Assembly (NCBI GenBank): GCA_965279515.1
Contig: CBDIID010000003.1
Span: forward strand, 2,752,001 to 2,816,000
Length of the DNA: 64,000 nt
Reading direction: 5' to 3'
Origin: Turneriella sp.
GTDB taxonomy: Bacteria; Spirochaetota; Leptospiria; Turneriellales; Turneriellaceae
Shown here: piece by piece, positions 1 to 10,049 of the stretch
How positions within the stretch are numbered: position 1 is the first letter of the stretch
Layout: each line of letters begins with the position of its first letter
Notes under the pieces: generated by a model
The model's input: the letters and a program-made list of their open reading frames with translations, nothing else
Databases searched by the model: none
What the model was told of the DNA's origin: nothing
Position numbers and translations under genes: made by a program

Positions 1-233
1 ACCATGGCGGTAACATCCGCCGAATCAGGGTACTTCCGTTTTAAGCGGACCATAAGATATATGAGCAGAGCAACCCCCACCGCGGTGATCGCCAGACGCA
101 GATATTGGCCCGCATTCGTATTCTGCCAGGCGAAAAACGGATAGAGAAAATATGCCCATAAATAAGAGGCATACGCCCAGGCGACGGCTACGATGCCGGG
201 AACCAAGGAGAAAAGAAAGGTTCTAAATCTCAC
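1..233 (-). CDS. Membrane protein, 5' part (runs off window start)
   Basis: Manual translation from GTG at 233: MRFRTFLFSLVPGIVAVAWAYASYLW...LLIYLMVRLKRKYP; hydrophobic and open to the window edge. Confidence 0.6.
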   Translation of the reverse strand, partial: MRFRTFLFSLVPGIVAVAWAYASYLWAYFLYPFFAWQNTNAGQYLRLAITAVGVALLIYLMVRLKRKYPDSADVTAM

Positions 234-288
234 ATAACAGAATGAAAGTCAGACATCGACCAGTCAATCGGGTTTCCGGCAAAAAATG

Positions 289-1686
289 TTAATTCCGACG
301 CTTACGGGCGGCCGTTTTTTTGTTCCCACGCGCAATTTGCGTGGCATGGTGTTTGGGCCGGTGCTTCCAGGTATGGATGCGTTCGTGCGCCATCTTGCGC
401 ACCTGTTTGGCGAATGCAGGAAAATGCGTGAGCACGACCTGGAAGCTGTCTTTGTCGAGCGTGTAGAGATCGCAGTAATCGACGGCGCGCACGGTCGCAT
501 TGCGCGGTGAATCCATAAGCAGGGCAATTTCACCGAAATAGCCGCCTTCGGAAATTTTCGCAAAGACGCGGCTGGTCTTTTCGTGGATGATTTCGACCGA
601 GCCGCGGCTGATAAAATACATGTTGTGGCCGATTTCTCCCTCGCGGAAAATCACGTCGCCCGGCGTAAACATCGCGGGGTTGAGTTTCATGACAATCTCT
701 TTGATAAAGCCATCTTCGGCGCCACGGAAGATCGGAATCTTCTCGAGCACCTCGGCATGGATGTGGATCGCGAGTTCTTTCTGCAACGCACTCGGCAGAT
801 CTTTGATCAGCAGATTTTCGTCGTAACCGCGCCGGCTCTCCCACATATATTTATAATAGCGGCGCAGCTTCTGGCGCAGCGCAATCGGGATATCGCGGTA
901 TTCCATGAAGAGATTCAGGCGGTTAATCTTCTCCTGGTATTTCGAGCGCGCGATGTCCATATTCGCGAGTAAGCTTGCGATATTACCGATCATGTAACCG
1001 AACATGCCGACGCCGATGATTTCAATCACGATCGTATAGGCAATCTGCGCTACATTCTGCGGAGTAATGTCGCCGTAGCCGATGGTGGCAAAGGTCGTGA
1101 TCACCCAATAGAATGCGCGCAGGTAGTTTTCCGCGGCCGTATAATCTGGTTTGATGTTGCCTAAGACAATCCAGCCGCAGGCGGCCCAGTGCGCGACCAT
1201 CAGCATCCAGAGCACGAGAATACCCATACGGATCATGCTCGGGTTGAAAAAGTCGGCGTGGCGCCAGCGGTTCACCAGCTCACGCAGGTGCAAAAGACGA
1301 ATGAGGCGGATGAGGCGCAGCGCCGGGGCAAGGTCGATGGTGTGGCTGCCGTAGTGCACGAGAATCGGGCCGGCAAAGAACTCCACCGGGAAAATCGACA
1401 GCACATCGACGAGGAACCAGCTCTTCAGGTAGTGCAGCCGTATTTTGCGCGCATCGGAGACGAGCTCGCCGCGGTGGTAATACGCAGTGCGGAAACTGAT
1501 CAACATATCCGCGGCGAAGATGGCGGTGAGAAATACACCGGCATAGACCTGGTAAATCTTACCCTGCTGCGGATAAACAAGCTGCAGGGGCCCCAGAATC
1601 GCAAACGAGAGCGTGACTAAGAAAAGGAGGAAATCCCACAGCGTGCGTAGCCAGGAATCGGGAAGAAGAATGCTGCCGGATTGCAT
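289..1686 (-). CDS. Cyclic nucleotide-gated K+ channel (6TM + C-linker + CNBD; SthK/LliK-like)
   Basis: S4 LRLIRLIRLLHLR, selectivity filter TIGYGD, CNBD motif FGEIALL..SPRNATVRA. Confidence 0.93.
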   Translation of the reverse strand: MQSGSILLPDSWLRTLWDFLLFLVTLSFAILGPLQLVYPQQGKIYQVYAGVFLTAIFAADMLISFRTAYYHRGELVSDARKIRLHYLKSWFLVDVLSIFPVEFFAGPILVHYGSHTIDLAPALRLIRLIRLLHLRELVNRWRHADFFNPSMIRMGILVLWMLMVAHWAACGWIVLGNIKPDYTAAENYLRAFYWVITTFATIGYGDITPQNVAQIAYTIVIEIIGVGMFGYMIGNIASLLANMDIARSKYQEKINRLNLFMEYRDIPIALRQKLRRYYKYMWESRRGYDENLLIKDLPSALQKELAIHIHAEVLEKIPIFRGAEDGFIKEIVMKLNPAMFTPGDVIFREGEIGHNMYFISRGSVEIIHEKTSRVFAKISEGGYFGEIALLMDSPRNATVRAVDYCDLYTLDKDSFQVVLTHFPAFAKQVRKMAHERIHTWKHRPKHHATQIARGNKKTAARKRRN

Positions 1687-2774
1687 CAGGATCTGCCTAC
1701 CGGCTTTTTCAGAAGGCGGTTCACCGTGGCGAGTAATGCATGGAAAATAAAATAGGCCATTTGGAAGTAGAGGAATATTCTCACCGTGAAACGGATATTA
1801 CTGAGCCGTTGGTGGTCGCTCAGCGCCAGGTCGCCGGCGGGGCTTAGGAGCCTCAGCGTCGGCGGGTAAGGCGGCGTCGTGTCGGAGTTCTGGATGCGGA
1901 AGCGCACACGGCGGATGACCCAGGCAAAATCTTCGCTGCAATCCTTCGGGTCGGGGCAGAGATCGACGCTGACCAGGAGCGGCGTTTTATCATAACAACT
2001 GCCGGAACCGCAGTAATACCACAACGGCCAGCGCGCCGGGTCGGAGGATTCGGCGTCATCGTTGCCTAACATTGCGTATGTCACCGTATAGGCATCTTCG
2101 CCACTGCCAAAGCGGTGGCTCTGGGCATTGTTAAAGCGCAGCGCGGGATCTGTGATCAGTACATATTCGATGCGCGGGTTTTGCGCGAGGGCGCCCAGAT
2201 CGGAAAATTCGCCGTAGAGGCCCTTGCTTTTGATCTCAAGCCACTGCGCATTTCGGTAGGCGCGGTCGCGCACCTCTACCCAGAGTATGATACCAAAAAC
2301 CAGCAGCAGAAAGAGTGCAGTCCCCTGTAAAGTCAGCAGCAATTTAAAAACCCCGCGCTTGCGCTGGTAGGCGGAAATAACATCGCGCATCAGCGGTAGC
2401 TGGAAGAGCGTCAACAGCGCAAAGGCGAAAAGACAAATCAGCAGCGTTGGTGCCCAACTGACATAGGTGAGAAATGCCGCGATGGGCACAAAAAAATACA
2501 GTGCAAACGCCTTTCTGCGCCAGGCAGGCCTTGTTTTGCGCAGGACCAGGACGGCGATGGTGATGCCGATAAGCGTCGCGAGAAAGAGACCGGGGCGCAC
2601 GTAACGGAGAGCGCGCATGGCAGACTCAGATTGTAGCAACCGGTAGGCGATATCTGTCTTAAAATGGATGAGAACAGCCCCCAGGGCAATGACCGGTGCC
2701 GGCGCCAGGGCAAAAAGGATGCTGAACCAGCTTTCAGCGATGCGGGCGATGATTTCCTTCAAACGGGATTTCAT
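1686..2774 (-). CDS. Hypothetical multi-pass membrane protein with a periplasmic Cys-containing loop
   Basis: ORF 1686..2855, likely ATG 2774; several TM segments; stop overlaps the channel start codon. Confidence 0.7.
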   Translation of the reverse strand: MKSRLKEIIARIAESWFSILFALAPAPVIALGAVLIHFKTDIAYRLLQSESAMRALRYVRPGLFLATLIGITIAVLVLRKTRPAWRRKAFALYFFVPIAAFLTYVSWAPTLLICLFAFALLTLFQLPLMRDVISAYQRKRGVFKLLLTLQGTALFLLLVFGIILWVEVRDRAYRNAQWLEIKSKGLYGEFSDLGALAQNPRIEYVLITDPALRFNNAQSHRFGSGEDAYTVTYAMLGNDDAESSDPARWPLWYYCGSGSCYDKTPLLVSVDLCPDPKDCSEDFAWVIRRVRFRIQNSDTTPPYPPTLRLLSPAGDLALSDHQRLSNIRFTVRIFLYFQMAYFIFHALLATVNRLLKKPVGRS

Positions 2775-2861
2775 CCGGGTAGCGATCGGCGCCCAATCTC
2801 TGCCGGTCAACCGGTTTGCGGGCTTGCTTGACGCGGCGATCCGCACGGAAATCACTACGGC

Positions 2862-3290
2862 GTGATTTATTCATGGCTGATCGGGGCTTCGGCGGCAATT
2901 GTTTTGTTTCTGGGATTACTCCATCTGCTGTTTACTTACCACGGAAAAAAATTCTGGCCCCGCGATGCGGCGCTGAAACAGACGCTCGAAACTGCAAAGA
3001 TTTATCTGACCCCGCAGACGACGTTTTGGAAGGCTTGGATCTGTTTTAATGCCACGCATAGTCTCGGGGCGATTTTGTTTGGGCTGGTCTTCGGCTACCT
3101 GAGCCTGTTTGCGCCCGTATTCTTTTTCCAATCGTTTTTTCTCATGGGCCTCGGCGGAGCGACGCTCATCGCCTATGCATTTCTCGTCGGGCGCACCGGA
3201 TTCAGCACGCCGTTTCGCGGCATATGGATCGCTTTGGTCTGCTATGCGGGCGGAATCGTGGCATATTATCTTGAATCTGGTCGTATTTAA
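2862..3290 (+). CDS. Small 4-TM membrane protein
   Basis: 142 aa hydrophobic ORF with WxxFNxxHSLG motif. Confidence 0.75.
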   Translation: MIYSWLIGASAAIVLFLGLLHLLFTYHGKKFWPRDAALKQTLETAKIYLTPQTTFWKAWICFNATHSLGAILFGLVFGYLSLFAPVFFFQSFFLMGLGGATLIAYAFLVGRTGFSTPFRGIWIALVCYAGGIVAYYLESGRI

Positions 3291-3293
3291 TTC

Positions 3294-3977
3294 ATGGCAA
3301 CAGTACTCCGTTTTCTGCAACGTTACCCTGATAAAAAACTAATCTTATTACTCGCCGTGGCGTTTTTGTTCTCGGCGGCGCTGGTGATTGTGCGCGTCAA
3401 GAAGACGCAGCTTGTCACTTACTTCTTTCTGCTTTGGAATCTGTTTCTCGCCGTCGTGCCGCTTGTTGTCGCCTACCTGATGTATGCGTGGCTGAGCGGT
3501 CGCGCGCAAAAAATTGCTTTTTACGCCATGGCGATTCTGTGGCTCATATTCTACCCCAACGCGCCCTACATCATCACCGACTTTATTCACCTCAAAGCAC
3601 GGCACAACATACCGCTGTGGTATGACACACTCTTGATCTTCAGTTTTGCCTGGAACGGTTTTGTCGCGGGTCTCGTCTCGGTGCGCTACTTTCATCTGAC
3701 CGCGCTGCGCTTTATGCCGAAGTACCTGGTGTGGTTAGTGATACTTGTTGTATTTGTGCTCTCATCGCTCGGTATCTATCTCGGCCGGTTTTTGCGCTGG
3801 AATTCGTGGGATGTACTGAGTAACCCGATGCCATTGCTCACCGATATCTTCGAACGCGTCTCTAGCCCTGAAGAGCACCCGCGCACGATGGCGATGATCA
3901 TACTGTTCTCCGTGTTTTCGTTCCTGGCGTATTTGACTATCATTCATCTGCCGAAGAGCCGCGAAAAAGAATCGTGA
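3294..3977 (+). CDS. DUF1361-family membrane protein
   Basis: WNLFLA, PNAPYIITDFIHL, GIYLGRFLRWNSWD motifs. Confidence 0.88.
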   Translation: MATVLRFLQRYPDKKLILLLAVAFLFSAALVIVRVKKTQLVTYFFLLWNLFLAVVPLVVAYLMYAWLSGRAQKIAFYAMAILWLIFYPNAPYIITDFIHLKARHNIPLWYDTLLIFSFAWNGFVAGLVSVRYFHLTALRFMPKYLVWLVILVVFVLSSLGIYLGRFLRWNSWDVLSNPMPLLTDIFERVSSPEEHPRTMAMIILFSVFSFLAYLTIIHLPKSREKES

Positions 3978-4720
3978 CGGCGTTCGAGACAGCTTTCAAG
4001 CGCGATGGCTTCTATCTTTTCAAAGGTTTTTTTCCGAAAGCCGAAATGGATAAACTGGCGGCTGCTGTAGTCACTGCACACGAACGCTGGCTTGAAAAAC
4101 ATGCGGATGGCCTGCTGGTCAACAGTAATTATTTGACGTCACCGGAGTTTTGCACAGACCCCGAAGCGCGGCTGGGCCTGTTTCGTTTCATCGCACAAGA
4201 AAAACTCGTGCGCATCGCGGCGGCGCTCTGCCCGCGCGGAGTTTATTTTCTGAACACACAGTTATTCTTTAACCCGCGCGACGCGGCGAAAAAACCGTAC
4301 TGGCACCGCGATGTGCAGTACATGGGCGTCGATGAAACTGAGCAAAAGCAGATTATCGTGCGCGATACAGTGCTGCACTTCCGCATTGCACTGAGCGACG
4401 ACCCCGGGCTCGATTTCGTGCCGGGCTCGCATGCCCGGTGGGATACTCCGGCAGAGCGGGAAATCCGACTGGAGCTAAACGGGCATACTCATGCAGAGGA
4501 CATGCCAGGTCAGGTACGAATGCCGCAGGCGGTGGGAGACCTGCTGGTGTTTTCGGCGCATCTGTTGCACCGCGGCACGTATGCGCTGGAGCGCCGCTCA
4601 TTTGACATTCTTTACATCGATTTTCCTGAAAAGAAACAGACAGCCTCGAAGCTCGGGCATTTTCCCGACGCGGGTCTGTCGGCACTTTGTGAGCACGCGG
4701 AAATCTTCCAGACTATTTAG
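3974..4720 (+). CDS. Phytanoyl-CoA dioxygenase (PhyH) family Fe/2OG oxygenase
   Basis: RDGFY N-terminus, WHRD, FVPGSH, GDLLVF..LLHRG. Confidence 0.85.
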   Translation: MTAFETAFKRDGFYLFKGFFPKAEMDKLAAAVVTAHERWLEKHADGLLVNSNYLTSPEFCTDPEARLGLFRFIAQEKLVRIAAALCPRGVYFLNTQLFFNPRDAAKKPYWHRDVQYMGVDETEQKQIIVRDTVLHFRIALSDDPGLDFVPGSHARWDTPAEREIRLELNGHTHAEDMPGQVRMPQAVGDLLVFSAHLLHRGTYALERRSFDILYIDFPEKKQTASKLGHFPDAGLSALCEHAEIFQTI

Positions 4721-4769
4721 TTGACACTTTATCGATGGCGTGGCAGTTTTACGATATCTCCATCGATAA
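4721..4769 (+). promoter_or_regulatory. TA promoter/operator: TTGACA plus 10-bp inverted repeat
   Basis: TTGACA 4721-4726; TTATCGATGG (4729-4738) / CCATCGATAA (4760-4769) just upstream of the antitoxin RBS. Confidence 0.65.
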
Positions 4770-4778
4770 GAGGTAAAT

Positions 4779-4985
4779 ATGCCGATAGTCAAGGTTTCAC
4801 CAAAATTCCAGGTTGTCATTCCGAAAGAAATTCGCGAAAATTCGGGCATTAAAGTCGGTTCGAAAATGGATATTTTTGTATATGACGGACGCATTGAGCT
4901 CGTGCCCATCAAATCCATCAAGAGCCTCAAGGGTAGCCTACGCGGCATCAACACAGATATTGAGCGTGATGTTGACCGGATATGA
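4779..4985 (+). CDS. AbrB/MazE-family antitoxin
   Basis: KVSPKFQVVIPKEIR swapped-hairpin motif; ATGA overlap with the toxin. Confidence 0.9.
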   Translation: MPIVKVSPKFQVVIPKEIRENSGIKVGSKMDIFVYDGRIELVPIKSIKSLKGSLRGINTDIERDVDRI

Positions 4986-5353
4986 ATATAGTCGATTCTT
5001 CGGGTTGGCTGGAGTATCTTGCTGGCACGCAGAACAGCGAGATTTTCGGCAAATATATTGAGGATACCGGCAGGCTGATTGTGCCGGTAATTACGATCTA
5101 CGAAGTCTTTAAGAAGATACTCATTGAAAGCAACGAAGAAAATGCCTTAAAAATTGCTGCGCATATGCGGCTGGGAAAGGTCGTCGATGTAAACCTTACC
5201 CTTTCGCTAGAGGCTGCAAAATACGGAAAACAATACGGGTTGCCCCTGGCAGATGCTTTGATTTATGCCACGGCACGCCAATATCATTGCACAGTTTGGA
5301 CGCAAGATGAGCACTTCAAGGGATTGGAAGGAGTTCGGTATTTTCCCAAATAA
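4982..5353 (+). CDS. vapC: VapC PIN-domain toxin
   Basis: VDSSGW, YEV, LADALIYATA, TQDEHF PIN acidic residues. Confidence 0.92.
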   Translation: MNIVDSSGWLEYLAGTQNSEIFGKYIEDTGRLIVPVITIYEVFKKILIESNEENALKIAAHMRLGKVVDVNLTLSLEAAKYGKQYGLPLADALIYATARQYHCTVWTQDEHFKGLEGVRYFPK

Positions 5354-5383
5354 ATCCGGGTTTGTTTAAACTTATATATCAGC

Positions 5384-6469
5384 ATGACGCTAAAAGATCT
5401 CTACTTTAACCCGGCGTACTACAAGAGGTTGGCTGCCGAAATTAAAAAAGCACACCCCGCCTTTGTCGAGAAAGAATTTCATAAGGATGCAACCTACAAC
5501 TTAGCGGAACTGGAGCTCAACGGGCGCATGCGGCAGACCTCAATGGCACTGCGGAAATATTTGCCCAAAGATTACGAAGAGGCTCTGAGGATTCTGTTTG
5601 CGGTCGCGCCGAATATCGATGGCGGTTATGCAAATCTGGTTTATCCCGATTTTGTAGGTTTATACGGCCACGATCATTTCGACACGTCGATGGATGCGCT
5701 GAAATTTTTTACACAGCACGGCTCTTCGGAATTTGCCATTCGCGAATTTCTGAAACGCGATTTCGCGAAGACCATTGCCGTCATGAAAAAATGGGCCAGG
5801 GACAAGAACTACCATGTGCGCAGACTGGCTTCGGAAGGCTCGCGGCCCCGGCTGCCCTGGTCGTTTAAACTCGATGCCGTTGTGGAAAATCCCCGGCTGA
5901 CGTTGCCGATTCTGGAACAGTTGAAAGGCGACAACGAGCTCTATGTGCGAAAATCGGTGGCCAATCATCTCAACGATTTTTCGAAGGACCATGCCGGGTT
6001 GCTCATCGATACCGTGAAGAAGTGGGATTTAAGCCATGAGCACACGGCATGGATCGTCAAACATGCCTGCCGGACACTGATCAAAAAAGGCAATCCCGCT
6101 GCGCTGGCCGTTTTTGCCTTTGAGAAGAGTACCAAAGTGGCAGTCAAAAAACTGAAGCTGGCCAGCGAAAAAATCAAGATCGGTGGCAGGCTGGAGTTCT
6201 CGTTCGATATTATTTCGCAGAAGAACAAACCGCAGAAGCTGGCGATCGATTTCACTATCTACTATCGTAAAAAGCTGGGGGAACTTTCGCCCAAGGTATT
6301 CAAGCTCAAGGAAATTACGATTGCACCGGGAGAAATCCTCACATTCAAAAAGGCCCAGCGCATGCAGGATTTCACGACGCGGAAACACCATGCGGGAAAG
6401 CACAAACTGGTTATCACCGTTAATGGCAAAAGCCTTGCCGAAAAGATCTTTGAGCTGATAAGAAACTAA
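5384..6469 (+). CDS. alkC: AlkC-type HEAT-like repeat DNA glycosylase with C-terminal Ig-like domain
   Basis: SSEFAIREF, HVRRLASEGSRPRLPW, YVRKSVANHLND, TTRKHHAG motifs. Confidence 0.8.
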   Translation: MTLKDLYFNPAYYKRLAAEIKKAHPAFVEKEFHKDATYNLAELELNGRMRQTSMALRKYLPKDYEEALRILFAVAPNIDGGYANLVYPDFVGLYGHDHFDTSMDALKFFTQHGSSEFAIREFLKRDFAKTIAVMKKWARDKNYHVRRLASEGSRPRLPWSFKLDAVVENPRLTLPILEQLKGDNELYVRKSVANHLNDFSKDHAGLLIDTVKKWDLSHEHTAWIVKHACRTLIKKGNPAALAVFAFEKSTKVAVKKLKLASEKIKIGGRLEFSFDIISQKNKPQKLAIDFTIYYRKKLGELSPKVFKLKEITIAPGEILTFKKAQRMQDFTTRKHHAGKHKLVITVNGKSLAEKIFELIRN

Positions 6470-6561
6470 TCCTTAACTGCAGCAAAATAGCCCTTTCGGA
6501 CTAGGGGTGAATTTCTGTTTATTGCTATATTCAGTCATCGCGTAGAGATGCGGGAGGGATT

Positions 6562-6891
6562 ATGAAAGACAGAAATTTGCGCCTTAAGCTGAATAAGCAC
6601 ATCGAACTATTCTGGCAAGGCCGGAAAAGACATGCGGATATCGAGAATATCAGCACCAGCGGAGCTTTCGTACGTACGGATATTCCCGTACAAGTCGGGG
6701 ATTATATGGCGGTCTATCTGCAAAACCCGGCAGGCCCCGGCACACTGGAAATGGGCGGAGAGGTAATCCGCATAAAACCCAGCCGGTGGGGTATACCCGC
6801 ATTTGCGTTACAGTTCCTCAAGATACCTGAAGAGCTGCGGGTATTTTTGCGCCATATCTCGGTCAAACACAACGCGACGATAGAGGCGTAA
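6562..6891 (+). CDS. PilZ-domain protein
   Basis: RxxxR (RNLR), NISTSGAF, GEVIR. Confidence 0.8.
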   Translation: MKDRNLRLKLNKHIELFWQGRKRHADIENISTSGAFVRTDIPVQVGDYMAVYLQNPAGPGTLEMGGEVIRIKPSRWGIPAFALQFLKIPEELRVFLRHISVKHNATIEA

Positions 6892-6946
6892 GGTATTTTG
6901 CCTGCACGGCTATGCGGGTAGAATAGTTACTTCGCTTTGGCGCTGA

Positions 6947-8014
6947 ATGATGACAGCCGCCGAGCTAGGAAATTACCGCATCACGAGTCAAGGCATCGCC
7001 ACGGCGAAATTCAGAAAACCCGCTGAGGCCGTCGCGCACCTCGGCGCGATGCAGGCGCAGGATTTTCCGATGTCACGCTGGGCTGTGGGATTGCGCACGG
7101 CGAAAGCCACCGACGCTGGTGTGCTTGCGGCGTATGACAAGGGTGAGATCATTCGCACGCATTTGCTGCGGCCAACCTGGCACCTCGTGGCCAATGCCGA
7201 TATCGACTGGATGACGCGCCTGACCGCGCCGGCAATGATCGCCTCGATGCGCGGGCAATATGAACAGCGCTCTCTGAGCGAGGGCATTCTTCAGAAAAGT
7301 AATCAGGCGATGGAGAAAATCCTGACCGCCTCCGGGCCGCTCGTGCGGGAAGAACTTTTTGCTGCTCTCAAAAAGGCAAAGATTAATTGCACTACGCAGA
7401 ACTATCCCTATTTGCTTTTTCATGCGGAACTTAGCCGTGTGATCTGCAGCGGGCCGATGCGCGGGAAAAAGACAACCTACGCGCTCTACGCCGAACGTAT
7501 AAAGAAGACACCGGTGCTCAAGCGCGACGAGGCTTTGGCAAAACTCGCGGAAAGATATTTCACGAGCCACGGCCCGGCAACATTCGCCGACTTCAGTTGG
7601 TGGTCAGGACTCAAGGTAGAAGACGCCCGTACTGCCTACGCCGCAGTCGAAAAACAATTTAGCCGCGAATCCATCGGTGAGGATGTCTATCTCATACCCA
7701 AGAACCTTAAAGCAGCGCCGGATTCCCCAGTTCATCTCTTACCGGCATTTGACGAGTTCATCATCGCTTACAAAGACCGCGGCGCAGTACTACCGAGGAA
7801 CGTCTCGCCCCGGGTCGTCTCGAACAACGGCATCTTCCGCGCGACGATTGTGGCGAATGGCCTCGTGCGGGGTATTTGGAAGCGGGAGACCAAAAAGGGC
7901 AAGCTGGTGGTCGACGCGGAGTATTTTGGGAAAGTTGACGCGAACCTCAGGAATGCGGTGGAGATGGCTTCCGTAGAATTTGCTAAATTCACTTCATTGC
8001 CATTGACGCGTTGA
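6947..8014 (+). CDS. AlkZ-family (HTH_42) winged-helix DNA glycosylase
   Basis: MQAQD (QxQ), RTHLLRPTWH, HGPAT..DF.WWSG, LLPAFDE. Confidence 0.88.
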   Translation: MMTAAELGNYRITSQGIATAKFRKPAEAVAHLGAMQAQDFPMSRWAVGLRTAKATDAGVLAAYDKGEIIRTHLLRPTWHLVANADIDWMTRLTAPAMIASMRGQYEQRSLSEGILQKSNQAMEKILTASGPLVREELFAALKKAKINCTTQNYPYLLFHAELSRVICSGPMRGKKTTYALYAERIKKTPVLKRDEALAKLAERYFTSHGPATFADFSWWSGLKVEDARTAYAAVEKQFSRESIGEDVYLIPKNLKAAPDSPVHLLPAFDEFIIAYKDRGAVLPRNVSPRVVSNNGIFRATIVANGLVRGIWKRETKKGKLVVDAEYFGKVDANLRNAVEMASVEFAKFTSLPLTR

Positions 8015-8062
8015 GTTAGCCGAAAGCCGGGTCAAGGTGATCCGCTTACCTAAGGAAGACAC

Positions 8063-9016
8063 ATGTCCAGAATGCTTATCATCGTATTGCTCTGCCTGGC
8101 AAACAGCCGGCTATTTTCTGAAATCACAAAAAGCGACTTTCCCTCTTACACTATTAAAGGCATTCAATACCTGATACCCGTCGACAATGAAGAGATCGCG
8201 AAAAAAAATCTCTCCATACATATTGATGCGCGGGTGCCTGGGTTTTCCACGATACTGACTTTCACGGGCAAAAAGCGAACCATTCCGCCGCAGAGACAGG
8301 CAAAATTAGATCTGCTGAAAAAGATGGCGAATTTCCAGAGGCTAATCTCGCTCTATGAAACGGAAGTCGAGGTGACGCAGGATGGCAAAATCTACTGGCT
8401 CCCGGTACAGAAGGGGAGCGAAGCACCTTTTTTTGAACAGATCAAACAAGGTAATGAATTCAATGCGTTGATCCGTTACGTAGGTTGTTGTTACACCAAT
8501 GATCTGAAACAGATGAATGAAAACCGGCTCTACTTTCTCATCGGATTCGACTTTGAGTTAGAGCCACGCCGGCAAAAAAGTAAATGTTTTTCGGACAAAA
8601 TTCTGGGGTTCAAATTGGGCATGCCGCTGAAAGACGCGTTACTGCAGGCATCCAAAAAATACGGCGAGCCTATCATTACAAAAAATGCTTCGGGAGGGAT
8701 TCTCATGCAATTTGCGCTGGATGGCGCAAGATCAGCGCGCCTGTATATCGGATCAGCCACGGCGGATTATAACCGGAAAGTGTATCTCTTACAGGTTTCG
8801 GGCACAAAGCTCAAGACTCCGCTCTTTGACGATGTCAGACTAGGGGACACTTTGGACGCCATCAAAAACCTGGACCGCACTCAGTTGAAGGAAGAAGGTC
8901 CCGGCGTTGACCAGAAGACGATTTTTGAAAACGGCTCGCCCTGTTCAGTACAGACGACGAACGACCAGATTACCTCGGTGCAAATTCTCGAGGATTTTAA
9001 TTTCTTAACGGATTAG
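8063..9016 (+). CDS. Secreted hypothetical protein
   Basis: 317 aa ORF with N-terminal signal peptide and AAGGAAG RBS. Confidence 0.7.
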   Translation: MSRMLIIVLLCLANSRLFSEITKSDFPSYTIKGIQYLIPVDNEEIAKKNLSIHIDARVPGFSTILTFTGKKRTIPPQRQAKLDLLKKMANFQRLISLYETEVEVTQDGKIYWLPVQKGSEAPFFEQIKQGNEFNALIRYVGCCYTNDLKQMNENRLYFLIGFDFELEPRRQKSKCFSDKILGFKLGMPLKDALLQASKKYGEPIITKNASGGILMQFALDGARSARLYIGSATADYNRKVYLLQVSGTKLKTPLFDDVRLGDTLDAIKNLDRTQLKEEGPGVDQKTIFENGSPCSVQTTNDQITSVQILEDFNFLTD

Positions 9017-9137
9017 CTCAACAAAGATGAACAATGTGTCATTTTTCTTGACACCATTGCGGCTTTTTAGATCTTTTTATCTTTAATCAGGGGTTGCCCA
9101 TGCCTCGCGGTATGGAGGGACGCCGTAAGGAGTGAAT

Positions 9138-10012
9138 ATGTTTTCTGAAAGCAAATATGCAACCGCACGCAAAGACCGCGGTGAAAAAAAACTGCAGGTG
9201 CGGGCGCCGAAATGGACCTTTGACGACCTGAATCCGGGGCGGATGTCAGTGTCTTTGCCCGTACCCTATTCCATGCGCTCAGCCTGGTTTTCCCGGACGG
9301 TGAAAGATTCTTTATCCGCAGCGTAAAAGCATTCCAGGATCAGATTTCAGACGCAAAGCTGCTCGGCGATATCAAGGCCTTTATCGGCCAGGAAGTGCAG
9401 CACGGCAAGGTGCATGAGTACTACAACGAAAAGATTGTCGGCAGCCGCTTTGAGATCCAGAACTACCTCAAACTGCACCGCTGGGTAAATTATTCAGTGA
9501 TCGAACCGCTGACAAACTGGTTGTTCACGCCGAAATTTTCGCTTTCTGTCACTGCGGCGGCAGAACATTATACGGCGACATGGGCACACAATGCCCTTAC
9601 CGATGACCGCGTCAGAAGTATCCAAAGCGAATCGCTGCGCAACCTCATCTACTAGCATGCGATTGAAGAGATTGAGCATAAGCACGTGGCCTTTGATGTG
9701 CTGCGCCAGGTCGACGATGACTATGTTTTGCGTATCAGCGGTATTCTGTTTCTCGCGGTTACCATGCCGGCCTGGGTCGGGCTCGGGTTCATTTATCTGC
9801 TGGCCCAGGAAAAAGACGTGAAAATTGCGGATGTCTTGCGTGACCTCGCAGCGGATGCCTCGTCGGACAGCGGCCTCACCCGGCAGTTCGTCAAAGCATT
9901 CTTCAGTTATTTCAAACCGGGTTTTCACCCGGACGATCTGGACGACGAAGGATTGGTTGCCGGGATTGCCGCGCAAGTTGAAAAAAGTATCGGCCGGCCC
10001 AGCGCGGCTTAA
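9138..10012 (+). pseudogene. Metal-dependent hydrolase pseudogene (frameshift plus premature TAG)
   Basis: LSLVFPDGERFFIRSV..FIGQEVQH lies in a different frame from the N-terminus (shift at GGGG 9236-9239); in-frame TAG 9653-9655 replaces Trp in (W)HAIEEIEHKHVAFDV. Confidence 0.88.
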
Positions 10013-10019
10013 AAACTAC

Positions 10020-10049
10020 AGGGTTGTCTTTACAGACAACCCTTTTTTT
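10020..10049 (+). terminator. Rho-independent terminator
   Basis: AGGGTTGTCT-TTAC-AGACAACCCT followed by T6, between convergent genes. Confidence 0.85.

Noticed and set aside
1..2774. The two membrane ORFs flanking the CNG channel as paralogous accessory subunits
   Set aside because: Only a vague pattern similarity, and the first ORF is truncated by the window
9653..9655. Pyrrolysine or stop-codon readthrough at the in-frame TAG
   Set aside because: The position is a conserved Trp (single TGG>TAG change) and the gene also has a frameshift
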